Source of the DNA: an uncultured delta proteobacterium
GTDB taxonomy: Bacteria; Myxococcota_A; Polyangia; Polyangiales; B10-G4
Direction of reading: 5' to 3'
Length of the DNA: 64,000 nt
Assembly: GCA_963727445.1 (NCBI GenBank)
Contig: CAVSGI010000001.1
Coordinates: forward strand, 396-64,395
A model generated the notes under the pieces. The model saw nothing but the letters and a program-made list of their open reading frames with translations, was not told the origin of the DNA and did not search any database. Positions 43,125 through 51,182 of the stretch are shown here, piece by piece (within the stretch, counting starts at the first letter, position 1; every line of letters starts with the position of its first letter). The position numbers were made by a program, and so were the translations under genes.

Positions 43125-43639
43125 CGTGCCACCTCCACAGTCATCGTCGCGCCATCTCTGCGAAAGCAGACCGGGTCGACGGGGGCACCCTCGGCCATTC
43201 CGGTCACGTCGACGCAGACCCGCTCGAGATCTTCTTCGTTCGCCCCGGGCTGTTCGTAGGCCAGCGCCTCGGTGGCCCACGCGTGACCATCGAGCGTGGC
43301 GACGATCACCTCGCTGCGCGGATCGTAGAGCTCCATGGGCGTCATGCCGGTGCCCGCTTCGCCGAAGACCGCGATGGAGCGGAAGGTCACGTCGACGGGG
43401 GTGGTGCAGCGGTTGCCGATCTCGTAGTCGATGGCGACCCAGCGACGGCCCACCGCGCCTTCGCCGCGCGGCTGCATGCGCACGTCCAGACAATCGAGAG
43501 AGCGCATGCGCGGCTCCGAAGCCCGGCCGTAGTCGGTGAAGGAGCCGGGCTCGTATCCCACGCCGCATCCCATCACGGCCGTCAGCGTCAGGACTGAAAG
43601 GACCAAACGGTTCACGACCTTCGACACTGCATCTGTCAT
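43121..43639 (-). CDS. Hypothetical lipoprotein (172 aa)
   Basis: The in-frame ATG at 43639 gives MTDAVSKVVNRLVLSVLTLTAVMGC (lipobox). It is translationally coupled to 42207..43124 (overlap at 43121-43124). Confidence 0.6.
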   Translation of the reverse strand: MTDAVSKVVNRLVLSVLTLTAVMGCGVGYEPGSFTDYGRASEPRMRSLDCLDVRMQPRGEGAVGRRWVAIDYEIGNRCTTPVDVTFRSIAVFGEAGTGMTPMELYDPRSEVIVATLDGHAWATEALAYEQPGANEEDLERVCVDVTGMAEGAPVDPVCFRRDGATMTVEVAR

Positions 43640-43745
43640 ACCCGACCGATAGGGGCCGAGTTCCCCGAAAAACCGGGGTCGTCGCTGAAAGATCGCCCCC
43701 GCGAGCGTGAATTTCACGCTCAGGTGGGCCGCGGGGTCACGACCG

Positions 43746-44979
43746 CTACCAGATCTCCATCGGGCCCAGCTCCTCGCCGGACAGAACGAAGAACGCTTCT
43801 CCGTACGTGCTGAGGTGCTCGAGGGCGAGGTCGAGGTCCTCGCGGCTGTGGCCGCGGGTGACGTTGAGGCGGAGGCGCTCTTCGCCTTCCTTCACGCCGG
43901 GATAGGTGATGGGAACCATCATCACGCCGTTCTCGAGGAGCGCCACGTGCATGAAGAGCGCCTTGCGCTCGTCGCGGCACATGACCGGCATGATGTGGGT
44001 GTCGCTGTCGCCGAGGTCGAAGCCGATCTCCGTCAGGCGGCCGCGCATGTAGTCGCGCTTTTCGTGCAGCTCGGCCACCAGCGCCCTCACCGTCGTTTTC
44101 GAGCATCGTCAGGATGGTCGAGGCGGCGGCGACGATCGGCACCGGGAGGCTCGCGCTGAAGAGGAAGGAGCGCGCGTAATGCTTCACGTGCTCGACGATG
44201 TCGGTCTGCCCGACGAGGATCCCGCCGATGCCGCCGAATGTCTTGGAGAAGGTGCTGACGATCAGCGGGACGCGACCCTCGAGGCCGTACTTCTCCACGA
44301 TGCCCTTGCCGCTCTTGCCGAGGGTGCCCGTGCCGTGGGCGTCGTCGAGGATCAAGAACGCGTCGTACTTTTCGCAGAGCTCGACGATCTCGACGAGCTT
44401 CGCCTCGTCGCCGTCGAGGGAGTAGATGCCCTCGATGAGCACGATGGCGTTTTCGCGCTCCTTGTTCTTGAGGATGCGCTCGAGGGACCGGACGCTGTTG
44501 TGATTGAAGAAGCGGACCTCGGGCTGGCGGGTCGGCGTGCCGGCGGCGAGGAAGGTCCCGTCGAGGATGCAGGCGTGACTGAGGTTGTCGAGGATGAGCG
44601 TGGTGTTCTTGTCGGCGAGGCTCATGATCGTCCCCACCATCGCCTGATAGCCGGTGGTGAAGAGCAGGCACTTCTCGAAGCCGAACCAGTCGGCCAGGCG
44701 CTCTTCGAGCTCGACGTGCGCGGTGGTGGTCGCCTGCACCCGCGAGGAGCTGAGGCCGACGGCGAAGCGGTCGACGGCCTCCTTCGCCGCCTCCTTCACC
44801 TTGGGATGATTGGTGAGGCCGAGGTAGTCGTTCGAGCTGAAGTTGACGATGGGCTTTCCGTCGATGGTCGTGTGCAGCCCGCCCGACTCGAAGGGACGGA
44901 AGTACGGATAGACCTGCTTGTCGCGAGCCTCGCGAATGCGCGTCAGCTCTTTCCTCGCCTTTTCTTCCAGCCAGCTCAT
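43746..44979 (-). pseudogene. Alpha-oxoamine synthase family enzyme (8-amino-7-oxononanoate synthase / serine palmitoyltransferase-like), with one frame break near 44095
   Basis: MSWLEEKARKEL..PYFRPFES..FSSNDYLGLTNHPKVKEAA..GLSSSRVQATT..DDAHGTGTLGKSGKG..STFSKTFGGIGG (PLP Lys)..TILTMLEND / VRALVAELHEKRDYMRGRL..HIMPVMC..GVMMVPITYPGV..RLRLNVTRGHSRED. The two halves sit in different frames (track ORFs 43720..45015 and 43746..44090). The break could be an assembly error. Confidence 0.85.
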
Positions 44980-45036
44980 GGGGCGCTGTCTAATCCTCCC
45001 CCCCACTCCGAGCAACCCTCCCGCGAACCGCGGCGG

Positions 45037-46209
45037 CTAGGCAGCGCGCTTCATCACCACGGCGGAGACGTTTCCGTAGAGGCCGACGGTGGTCACGACC
45101 ACGGTCTGCACCTCCTCCGGCGCTTTTCCTGCGATCAGCGGCCCCACCGGCGCTCCCTCGAACCAGGCCATCGCCGTGGCCATCCCGATGGCGCCCGCGC
45201 CGCCGAAGGTCTCGCCGAAGATCGCCTTGGGCGTAGCGATGGCGACCTCGTGCCCGAGGGCGGCGGTGATCCCGGTGCGCTCTTCGTGATCGATCGCCTC
45301 GAGGCCACAGGCCGCCGATGCCACCGCGTCGACGTCGGCGGCGGTGAGCCCCGCATCGGCGAGCGCCGCCTCGACGGCGCGCTGCACCGGATCAGCCGAG
45401 GCGTGGACCAGCACGGCCGGCGACAGGGGTGGCTCGAAGGCGGTGCCGTAGCCGGCGAGGTAAGCGCGGATCGGCGCGCCACGCGCCCGGGCGGCCACCG
45501 GCCGCTCGACGAAGAGGTACGCGGCGCCTTCTCCGAAGGACAGTCCCGGCGCGTCCTCGGACGCGGCCACGGCGCCCAACTTGCGATAGGCGAGGTAGAG
45601 CGGAGAGGAGAGCGGCTCGCCGCCGCCGACCAGGAACGCGTCGGCGCGCCCGTGGGTCAGGTGCGTCTCGCAGGAGAGCACCGTGTCGAGGGCGCCGCAG
45701 TTTCCGTCGACGACGGTGACGTTCGGCGCGCGCAGGTCCTCCCAGATGCTCACGTAGCCCGCGGCCGCGTTGATGACCGTGTTCGGGAAGCGCGACGGGT
45801 TGATGTAGCGAGGGTCTTCGAGCTCCGCGACGAGGTTCAGCTCGGTGATGGCGTCGAGGGATCCATAGGCCGTCGACGAGCAGATCCCGACGCGGCTCGG
45901 ACCGTAGGCGACGAACTCGCCGTCGCGCTTCACACCCGCATCCTCGAGGGCGTGCTTGCCTGCGACGATGAGGAACTTCGTCAGTCGATCGAAGTTCCGC
46001 AGGCCCTTCGGACCGAGATAGTCCTTGGCCTCGAAGCCCCAGACCTCGGCGGCCCGTGGATTTTCGACCTTGTCGTCGAAGGCGGTGTGCTCGCCCGCGA
46101 ACGCCTTCTTCTTCGCCGCCTCGGGATCGGCGAGGGCCGCGATCAACGCCTCGCGTCCGATGGCGATCGGGCTGACCACGCCGAGCCCGGTGATCGCCAG
46201 CGGCCTCAT
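45037..46209 (-). CDS. Beta-ketoacyl synthase-like protein lacking the active-site Cys (chain-length-factor / KS0 type)
   Basis: Intact 390-aa thiolase-fold ORF (MRPLAITGLGVVSPIAIG.., FPNTVINAAAGYVSI, GETFGGAGA). At the nucleophile position it reads ICSSTAYGS instead of ..ACA/C... The start overlaps the upstream KS stop (46206-46209). Confidence 0.8.
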   Translation of the reverse strand: MRPLAITGLGVVSPIAIGREALIAALADPEAAKKKAFAGEHTAFDDKVENPRAAEVWGFEAKDYLGPKGLRNFDRLTKFLIVAGKHALEDAGVKRDGEFVAYGPSRVGICSSTAYGSLDAITELNLVAELEDPRYINPSRFPNTVINAAAGYVSIWEDLRAPNVTVVDGNCGALDTVLSCETHLTHGRADAFLVGGGEPLSSPLYLAYRKLGAVAASEDAPGLSFGEGAAYLFVERPVAARARGAPIRAYLAGYGTAFEPPLSPAVLVHASADPVQRAVEAALADAGLTAADVDAVASAACGLEAIDHEERTGITAALGHEVAIATPKAIFGETFGGAGAIGMATAMAWFEGAPVGPLIAGKAPEEVQTVVVTTVGLYGNVSAVVMKRAA

Positions 46210-47452
46210 CGCGGAAGCCCCACGTCATCGGGGAGCAGCCCGGGCTTCGCCAGGCACAGGACGGCGTCGTAGCCGCCGAAGGCGAGCGCGTTGTTGAGGA
46301 CGACCTTCACCTCGCCCCCGTCGCGCGCTTCGTTGGCCACCACGTCCACGTCGCACTCGGGATCCTGGTTCTCCAGGTTGATGGTGGGCGGCAGGATGCC
46401 GGTCTCGAGGGTCTTGATGCAGGAGACCGCTTCGATGGCGCTCGCGGCGCCCATGCAGTGGCCGAAGACGCTCTTGTTCGACGAGACCGGGACGCGCCGG
46501 CCCTCGAAGATCTGCGTTGATCACCTTCGCTTCGACCCTGTCGTTGGCGACGGTGCCGGTGCCGTGCGCGTTGATGAAGGAGACCTCGGCTGGCGTGATG
46601 CTGCTCGAGAGGATCGCGCGTCGCATCGCCTCGACGCTGCCCGGACCCGTCCGGATGCGGCCGGGTGATGTGATGCGCATCGCAGGCGAGGCCGTAGCCG
46701 CCGACCTCGGCCAGCGGCTCGCCGCCCCGCCGCGCCGCGAGGTGCGCCTCGGACTCGAGGACCACGATCCCCGCACCCTCGCCGAGGAGCAGACCCTTGC
46801 GATCGTCGTCGAAGGGCTGCACCGGTCCGGCGTCATCGCGCCCAGGCGGACGAAGCCCGCGAACTCGAGCTTCTCGAGGATCTCGGTCGCGCCGGTGATC
46901 GCCACGTCGGCGCGACCCGGCGCGGATCTGGTCGGCCGCGAAACCGATGGCGTAGTTCCCCGCCGCGCACGCCGCGGGGAGCGTCTGCACCATGCCGCGG
47001 GTGTCGAAGGCGCGCGCGATGTGGATGGGCAAGAGCGTCGAGCCGTAGCGCTGCAGCTTCATCGCGTGGACGGCGTCCTCGCCTTCGTGGATCCAGGCAG
47101 CCTCGAGCTCGCCGAGGATGTTGGCCTCGCCCATGGTCGTGCCGAGGATCACGGCGGTGCGCGCATTGGCGAGGTGCTTTGGGGCGAGGCCCGAGCTCTG
47201 CACCGCCTCGCGGGCCGCGGCGAGGGCGAAAGCCGAGCACCGCCCGGCGTGGCGCGCTTCGGCCGCGTTGAGGTAGTCGCGGGGACGGAACTGCTTCACC
47301 TCACACGCCATGTGGCGGTCCATCGAGGCGGTGTCGAAGGCCTGCACCTCCGCTGCCCCGCTCCGGCCATCGACGAGGGACTCCCAGAAGGCGGAGATGC
47401 CGATTCCGACGGGGCTGACCACGCCCATCCCTGTCACGAACACACGAGCCAC
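46206..47452 (-). pseudogene. Beta-ketoacyl-ACP synthase (FabF/KAS II-like, catalytic Cys-His-His present), with at least 4 frame breaks
   Basis: MARVFVTGMGVVSPVGIG..TLPAACAAGNYAIGFAADQIRAG / RADVAITGATEILEKLEFAGFVRLGAMTPDRC / PFDDDRKGLLLGEGAGIVVLES..GLACDAHHITRPHPDGSG / SVEAMRRAI..SFINAHGTGTVANDRVEAKVIN / IFEGRRVPVSSNKSVFGHCMGAASAIEAV..ALAFGGYDAVLCL. The pieces are spread over track ORFs 46307..47452, 46225..46905 and 46206..46454. Confidence 0.85.
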
Positions 47453-47577
47453 GGGCGCGCTGCTTTTAGCGTGTATCGGCTCGCCCGTCCACGGAGCCTC
47501 GCCGCGAAAAACCGGCCGGACGGACGGCTTTTGGCACGGCTTGACCGGTCCCGCGCACGCCCGTATCTACCGCCGCC

Positions 47578-49258
47578 ATGGAGCCCCGTTTCGACACGCT
47601 CGTGCAGGCGCTCGCGGAGATCCCGCGACGCGGAAATCGTGGATTCACGCTTCGTCGGCACCGACCGCCAGGAGCGCTACTTCACCTACGAAGAGATGTG
47701 GCAGGAGGCGAATCGCCGTGCGGCGTTCCTGAGGGCGATGGGCCTCGAGAAGGGCGATCGCCTCGCGCTGGTCGTCCCCGAGGGCCACGAGTTCGTGCTG
47801 AGCTTCTTCGGGGCGGTGGTCGCCGGGATCGTGCCGGTGCCGATGTTCCCGCGGGCGACCTTCAAGGGCGTCGACGGCTACGTCGACATCCTCGCCCACA
47901 TCGTCGAGGCCTCGGGCGCGAAGGTGATGCTCTCGATGGAGACGCTGCGGCCGATCATCGACAAGGTGAAGGAGCGGGACGTCGAGCTCCGGCAGGTCGC
48001 GATGTGCGAAACCGCATTCGAAGGCGAGACGCCGGCCTTCGAGCGTCCCGAGGTCACGCCCGAGGACCTGTGCTTCCTCCAGTTCACCTCGGGCAGCACC
48101 AGCCGGCCCAAGGGCGTGATGGTCACTCACGAGAACCTGGTGGCCAACGCCAGCTGCTTCCTCGGCCCCGCCCCCGGCCTCGACCGCAACGACGACGACG
48201 TCGGCGTGAGCTGGCTGCCCCTCTTCCACGACATGGGGCTCATCGGCTTCATCCTCGGCACCATCGTCTGCGACATCCCGGTGGTGATCATCCCGACCGC
48301 GCAGTTCGCGCGCGCGCCGCGGCTGTGGCTCGAGACGATCCACAAGCACCGCGGCACCATCACCTACGCGCCGAACTTCGCTTACGAGCTCGTCGCCAAG
48401 CGCGTGAGGGACAAGGACCTCGAGAGCCTGGATCTCTCGTGCATCCGCGTCGCGGGTTGCGGCGCCGAGCCCATCCGCGCCAAGAGCCTCGCTGCCTTCG
48501 CCGAGCGCTTGGCGCCCGCGGGATTCGACGGCGACAAGGCGTTCCTGCCGAGCTACGGCATGGCGGAGCGACCTGGCGATCACCTTTCACCCGCTGCGGC
48601 ACGCCGATCGTCGTCGATCGGGTCGACCCCGCCGCGATGAAGGCGGGCAAGGCGGTGCCGAGCGAGCGCCGGATGCGCTCGAGCTGGTCTCCTGCGGCCG
48701 CCCCTTCGAAGGACACGAGCTGGCGATCACCGACGACGACGGCGAGACGCTCGCCGAGCGGCGCGTCGGCGAGATCGTCGATCCGCGGCCCGAGCGTGAC
48801 GACGGGCTACTTCCAGAACCCCGAAGCGACCGCCGCGGCGTTCCGCGAGGGCGACTGGCTTCACACCGGCGACCTCGGCTATCGCGCCGAAGGCGACGCT
48901 CTACATCTGCGGCCGCATCAAGGACTTCATCATCATCAACGGCGCCAACCACTACCCGCAGGACATCGAGTGGATGGTGGGCGAGCTTCCGAGGGCGTGC
49001 GGCGCGGCAACGTGGTCGCCTTCAGCGTCATGAACGGACGGGATGGAGGAGCTGGTGCTCATGGCCGAGGGGAACCGGGCGGACGCCGAAGAGCTCCGCA
49101 AGACGATCGCCCGGACGGTGGCCGAGGGCTTCGGCCTGAAGGCCGCGGACGTGGCCATCGTCCCGGTCGGCACCCTGCCCAAGACCTCCAGCGGCAAGGC
49201 CCAGCGCCGAAAGGCCAAGCAGATGTACGAGGATGGAGCGATGCCCGCCCATCCGTGA
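47578..49258 (+). pseudogene. Fatty acyl-AMP ligase (FAAL, FadD32-like adenylating enzyme), with at least 8 frame breaks
   Basis: MEPRFDTLVQALAE / ..RYFTYEEMWQEANRRAAFLRAMGLEKGDRLALV..LCFLQFTSGSTSRPKGVMVTHENLVAN..WLPLFHDMGLIG..TITYAPNFAYEL..AGCGAEPI..PSYGMAE / ATLAITFHPL / GTPIVVDRVD.. / LVSCGRPFEGHELAITDDDG.. / RGPSVTTGYFQNPEATAAAF..WLHTGDLGY / ICGRIKDFIIINGANHYPQDIE / NVVAFSV / ..VPVGTLPKTSSGKAQRRKAK. Confidence 0.85.
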
Positions 49259-49368
49259 GGACGGCTGGCGTCGCGAGGCGCCATCCACTATGGTTCGCGC
49301 GACTCAAATCCGGCGATCGAGGCTATCCGGCCCTCCGATCCCCACGAGTTCTGGAGACTGTTGACCCG

Positions 49369-49610
49369 ATGGAACGGTCCGAGCTTCTGACGATTTTCCG
49401 CAGATGGCGACCGAGATCGCCGAGAAGGACTTCAGCGATGTGACCGAGGACGGTGACATCGCGGAGCTGGGCCTCGATTCGCTCAGATGCTGGAGCTGGT
49501 GGGCGCGATGGAGCGCGAGCTCGAGGTGTCGATGCCCGACGAGCAGCTCGTCGGCATCCAGACCGTGCGGCAGCTCCTGGAGTCTGGTCGAGAAGCGACA
49601 GAAGGCCTAG
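49369..49610 (+). pseudogene. Acyl carrier protein 1 (3 frame breaks)
   Basis: Stitched: MERSELLTIFR-MATEIAEKDFSDVTEDGDIAELGLDSL-MLELVGAMERELEVSMPDEQLVGIQTVRQLLE-LVEKRQKA*. LGLDSL is the phosphopantetheine Ser motif. Two of the breaks are a missing base at c-AGATG. Confidence 0.7.
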
Positions 49611-49710
49611 GGGGCCGAGGGGGACGAGCAGTCCCCAGAACCAAGGGGCCCGAGCGAGCAGTCCCCAGAGGCAGGGGCCGGGACACGGTCCTGCGAAGAA
49701 GGAGCAGTCG

Positions 49711-49955
49711 ATGTCCGACGAAGCATCTGAAGAAGAAGCTCCGAGAGATCATCGCCGAGGTGTGCGAGGTCGACGAGATCCCGGACGACGACCCCGTTCG
49801 AGGATCTGGGCATCGACTCGATGATGGCCATCGAGATCGTCGCGGAGGTCGAGCGCACCTACAAGCTCTCGATCCCGGAAGAGGAGCTCAAGGATCTGAC
49901 GAACTTCACCGCGGTGTTCGAGATGGTTCGCAGCAAGCTCGACGCGGCCGCTTAG
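49711..49955 (+). pseudogene. Acyl carrier protein 2 (2 frame breaks)
   Basis: AAGGAG RBS 8 nt upstream. Stitched: MSDEA-LKKKLREIIAEVCEVDEIPDDDP-FEDLGIDSMMAIEIVAEVERTYKLSIPEEELKDLTNFTAVFEMVRSKLDAAA*. LGIDSM is the phosphopantetheine Ser motif. Confidence 0.75.
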
Positions 49956-50097
49956 TAAGGCCGCGAAGCGGCCGGCACGAGTGGGAGCGGCGCGGAGCGG
50001 ACGAGCCGGCGGAGCGGCGCGTGGCGCCGCGTCGGCGGATCGGGAGCGCAGCGTCGCGGAGCCGGGATTGCGTCCCCGTCCCCCGCTCTCCCAGACA

Positions 50098-50526
50098 ATG
50101 ACTCACACACCCACCGACTTCGTTCATCGCCTGCCGTTTCGCGTCGGCTACATCGACACCGATCGCGCCGCGGTGGTGCATCATTCCGTCTACCTGCGCT
50201 GGCTCGAGCACGGGCGGATCGAGTTCTTCCGCGATCGCGGCCTCGAGTACAAAGCGCTCGAGCTCGACGACAGCCTGGGGCTGCCCGTCGTCGAATGCCG
50301 CATGAAGTACAAGCGCCCCGCGCGCTTCGACGATCAGATCGTCATCGAGACGCGCATCGGCCGCCTGAGCCGCGCCACCGTCCGCTTCGACAGCGAGGTG
50401 AAGCGCGACGATGGAGAGCTGTTGTTGCAGGCGGAGATCACCCTCGCCTGCGTACGGCTGCCCGAAGGCAGGCTCCGCAGCCTGCCCGAGCGCGTGAAGC
50501 TGGTCTGCGGAGCGACCGAGGGCTAG
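50098..50526 (+). CDS. 4HBT/YbgC-type hotdog-fold acyl-(CoA/ACP) thioesterase
   Basis: The in-frame ATG at 50098 gives MTHTPTDFVHRLPFRVGYIDTDRAAVVHHSVYLRWLEHGRIEFFRDRGLEYKALE..GLPVVECRMKYKRPARFDD. This is the YbgC/4HBT catalytic Asp context (YIDTD). 142 aa, intact. Confidence 0.85.
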   Translation: MTHTPTDFVHRLPFRVGYIDTDRAAVVHHSVYLRWLEHGRIEFFRDRGLEYKALELDDSLGLPVVECRMKYKRPARFDDQIVIETRIGRLSRATVRFDSEVKRDDGELLLQAEITLACVRLPEGRLRSLPERVKLVCGATEG

Positions 50527-50984
50527 GGAGAGGCGTCACCCGGGGGTGCGCCGTAAGCCGCCGCCGAGCCAGAGTCCATGGGAGGAGAGGCGTCCCCAGG
50601 GCTCCCGTCGTCACCACCGTCCGGCAGATCTCCGTCGGGCCCGGTGTCCGCCGGGATACCATAAGGCGGCGCGACGTTGCCGGTGTCGATGGCGGAGTCC
50701 ATGGCCGCGCCGGTATCGCCCGTGCCAGTGTCGAGGGTCGTGCTGGTGTCGGTCCCGACATCACTCGCCGTCCCGTCGTCACCGCACCCGGTGATGGTCA
50801 TCGTTCCCGCCACCGCGGCGCCGAAAGCGAACTTCGCCGCGCGGCCGAGGCGCGTCTTCGGCAGGGGCGCGGGACCCGCGCTCCGATACGCCATCGGCAA
50901 CGCCTCACCGCAGAATGGGCAAAGCGGATCACTGATACGAACGTGTCGGGCGCAGCCCGGACATGGAAGCAATCGTGCACTCAT
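50523..50984 (-). CDS. Zinc-ribbon protein with a TM anchor and an acidic Asp/Gly/Thr-rich tail
   Basis: MSARLLPCPGCARHVRISDPLCPFCG (CxxC..CxxC), anchor AAKFAFGAAVAGTMTITGC, then a low-complexity tail. The track ORF starts at 51008; the ATG at 50984 is preferred. Confidence 0.55.
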   Translation of the reverse strand: MSARLLPCPGCARHVRISDPLCPFCGEALPMAYRSAGPAPLPKTRLGRAAKFAFGAAVAGTMTITGCGDDGTASDVGTDTSTTLDTGTGDTGAAMDSAIDTGNVAPPYGIPADTGPDGDLPDGGDDGSPGDASPPMDSGSAAAYGAPPGDASP

Positions 50985-51182
50985 CGTGAATCTCCCCAGC
51001 GCGAGCATACCACCCGCCCGCTTGACCCTGCTTCGGCTGCGCCTTTAATGCGCGCCATGCGCCAGGGCTCACCACGCATCCCCCCCTTCGTCGGGCTCAC
51101 ATCCTGCGGCCGTCAGGCTCCGGCGCCTTCTCCCCTGCAGCTCCGCTTCCTGTTGGAGAACTGATGGAGGAGGATCACGCAG

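Noticed and set aside
43746-44979. Calling the AONS-family gene bioF or spt outright
   Set aside because: The family is clear, but the subfamily cannot be decided by eye. There are no biotin genes and no ceramide reductase or synthase nearby, and the KS/KS0/ACP-ACP context points elsewhere, so the gene symbol is left empty.
44179-46272. 697-aa ORF on the + strand across the AONS/KS0 genes
   Set aside because: It is antisense to clear thiolase-fold and AONS homologs and has no motifs of its own.
49958-49974. Hairpin GGCCGC-gaa-GCGGCC after ACP2, considered as a terminator
   Set aside because: The stem is 6 bp with no U-tract, and the thioesterase gene follows on the same strand and is probably co-transcribed.
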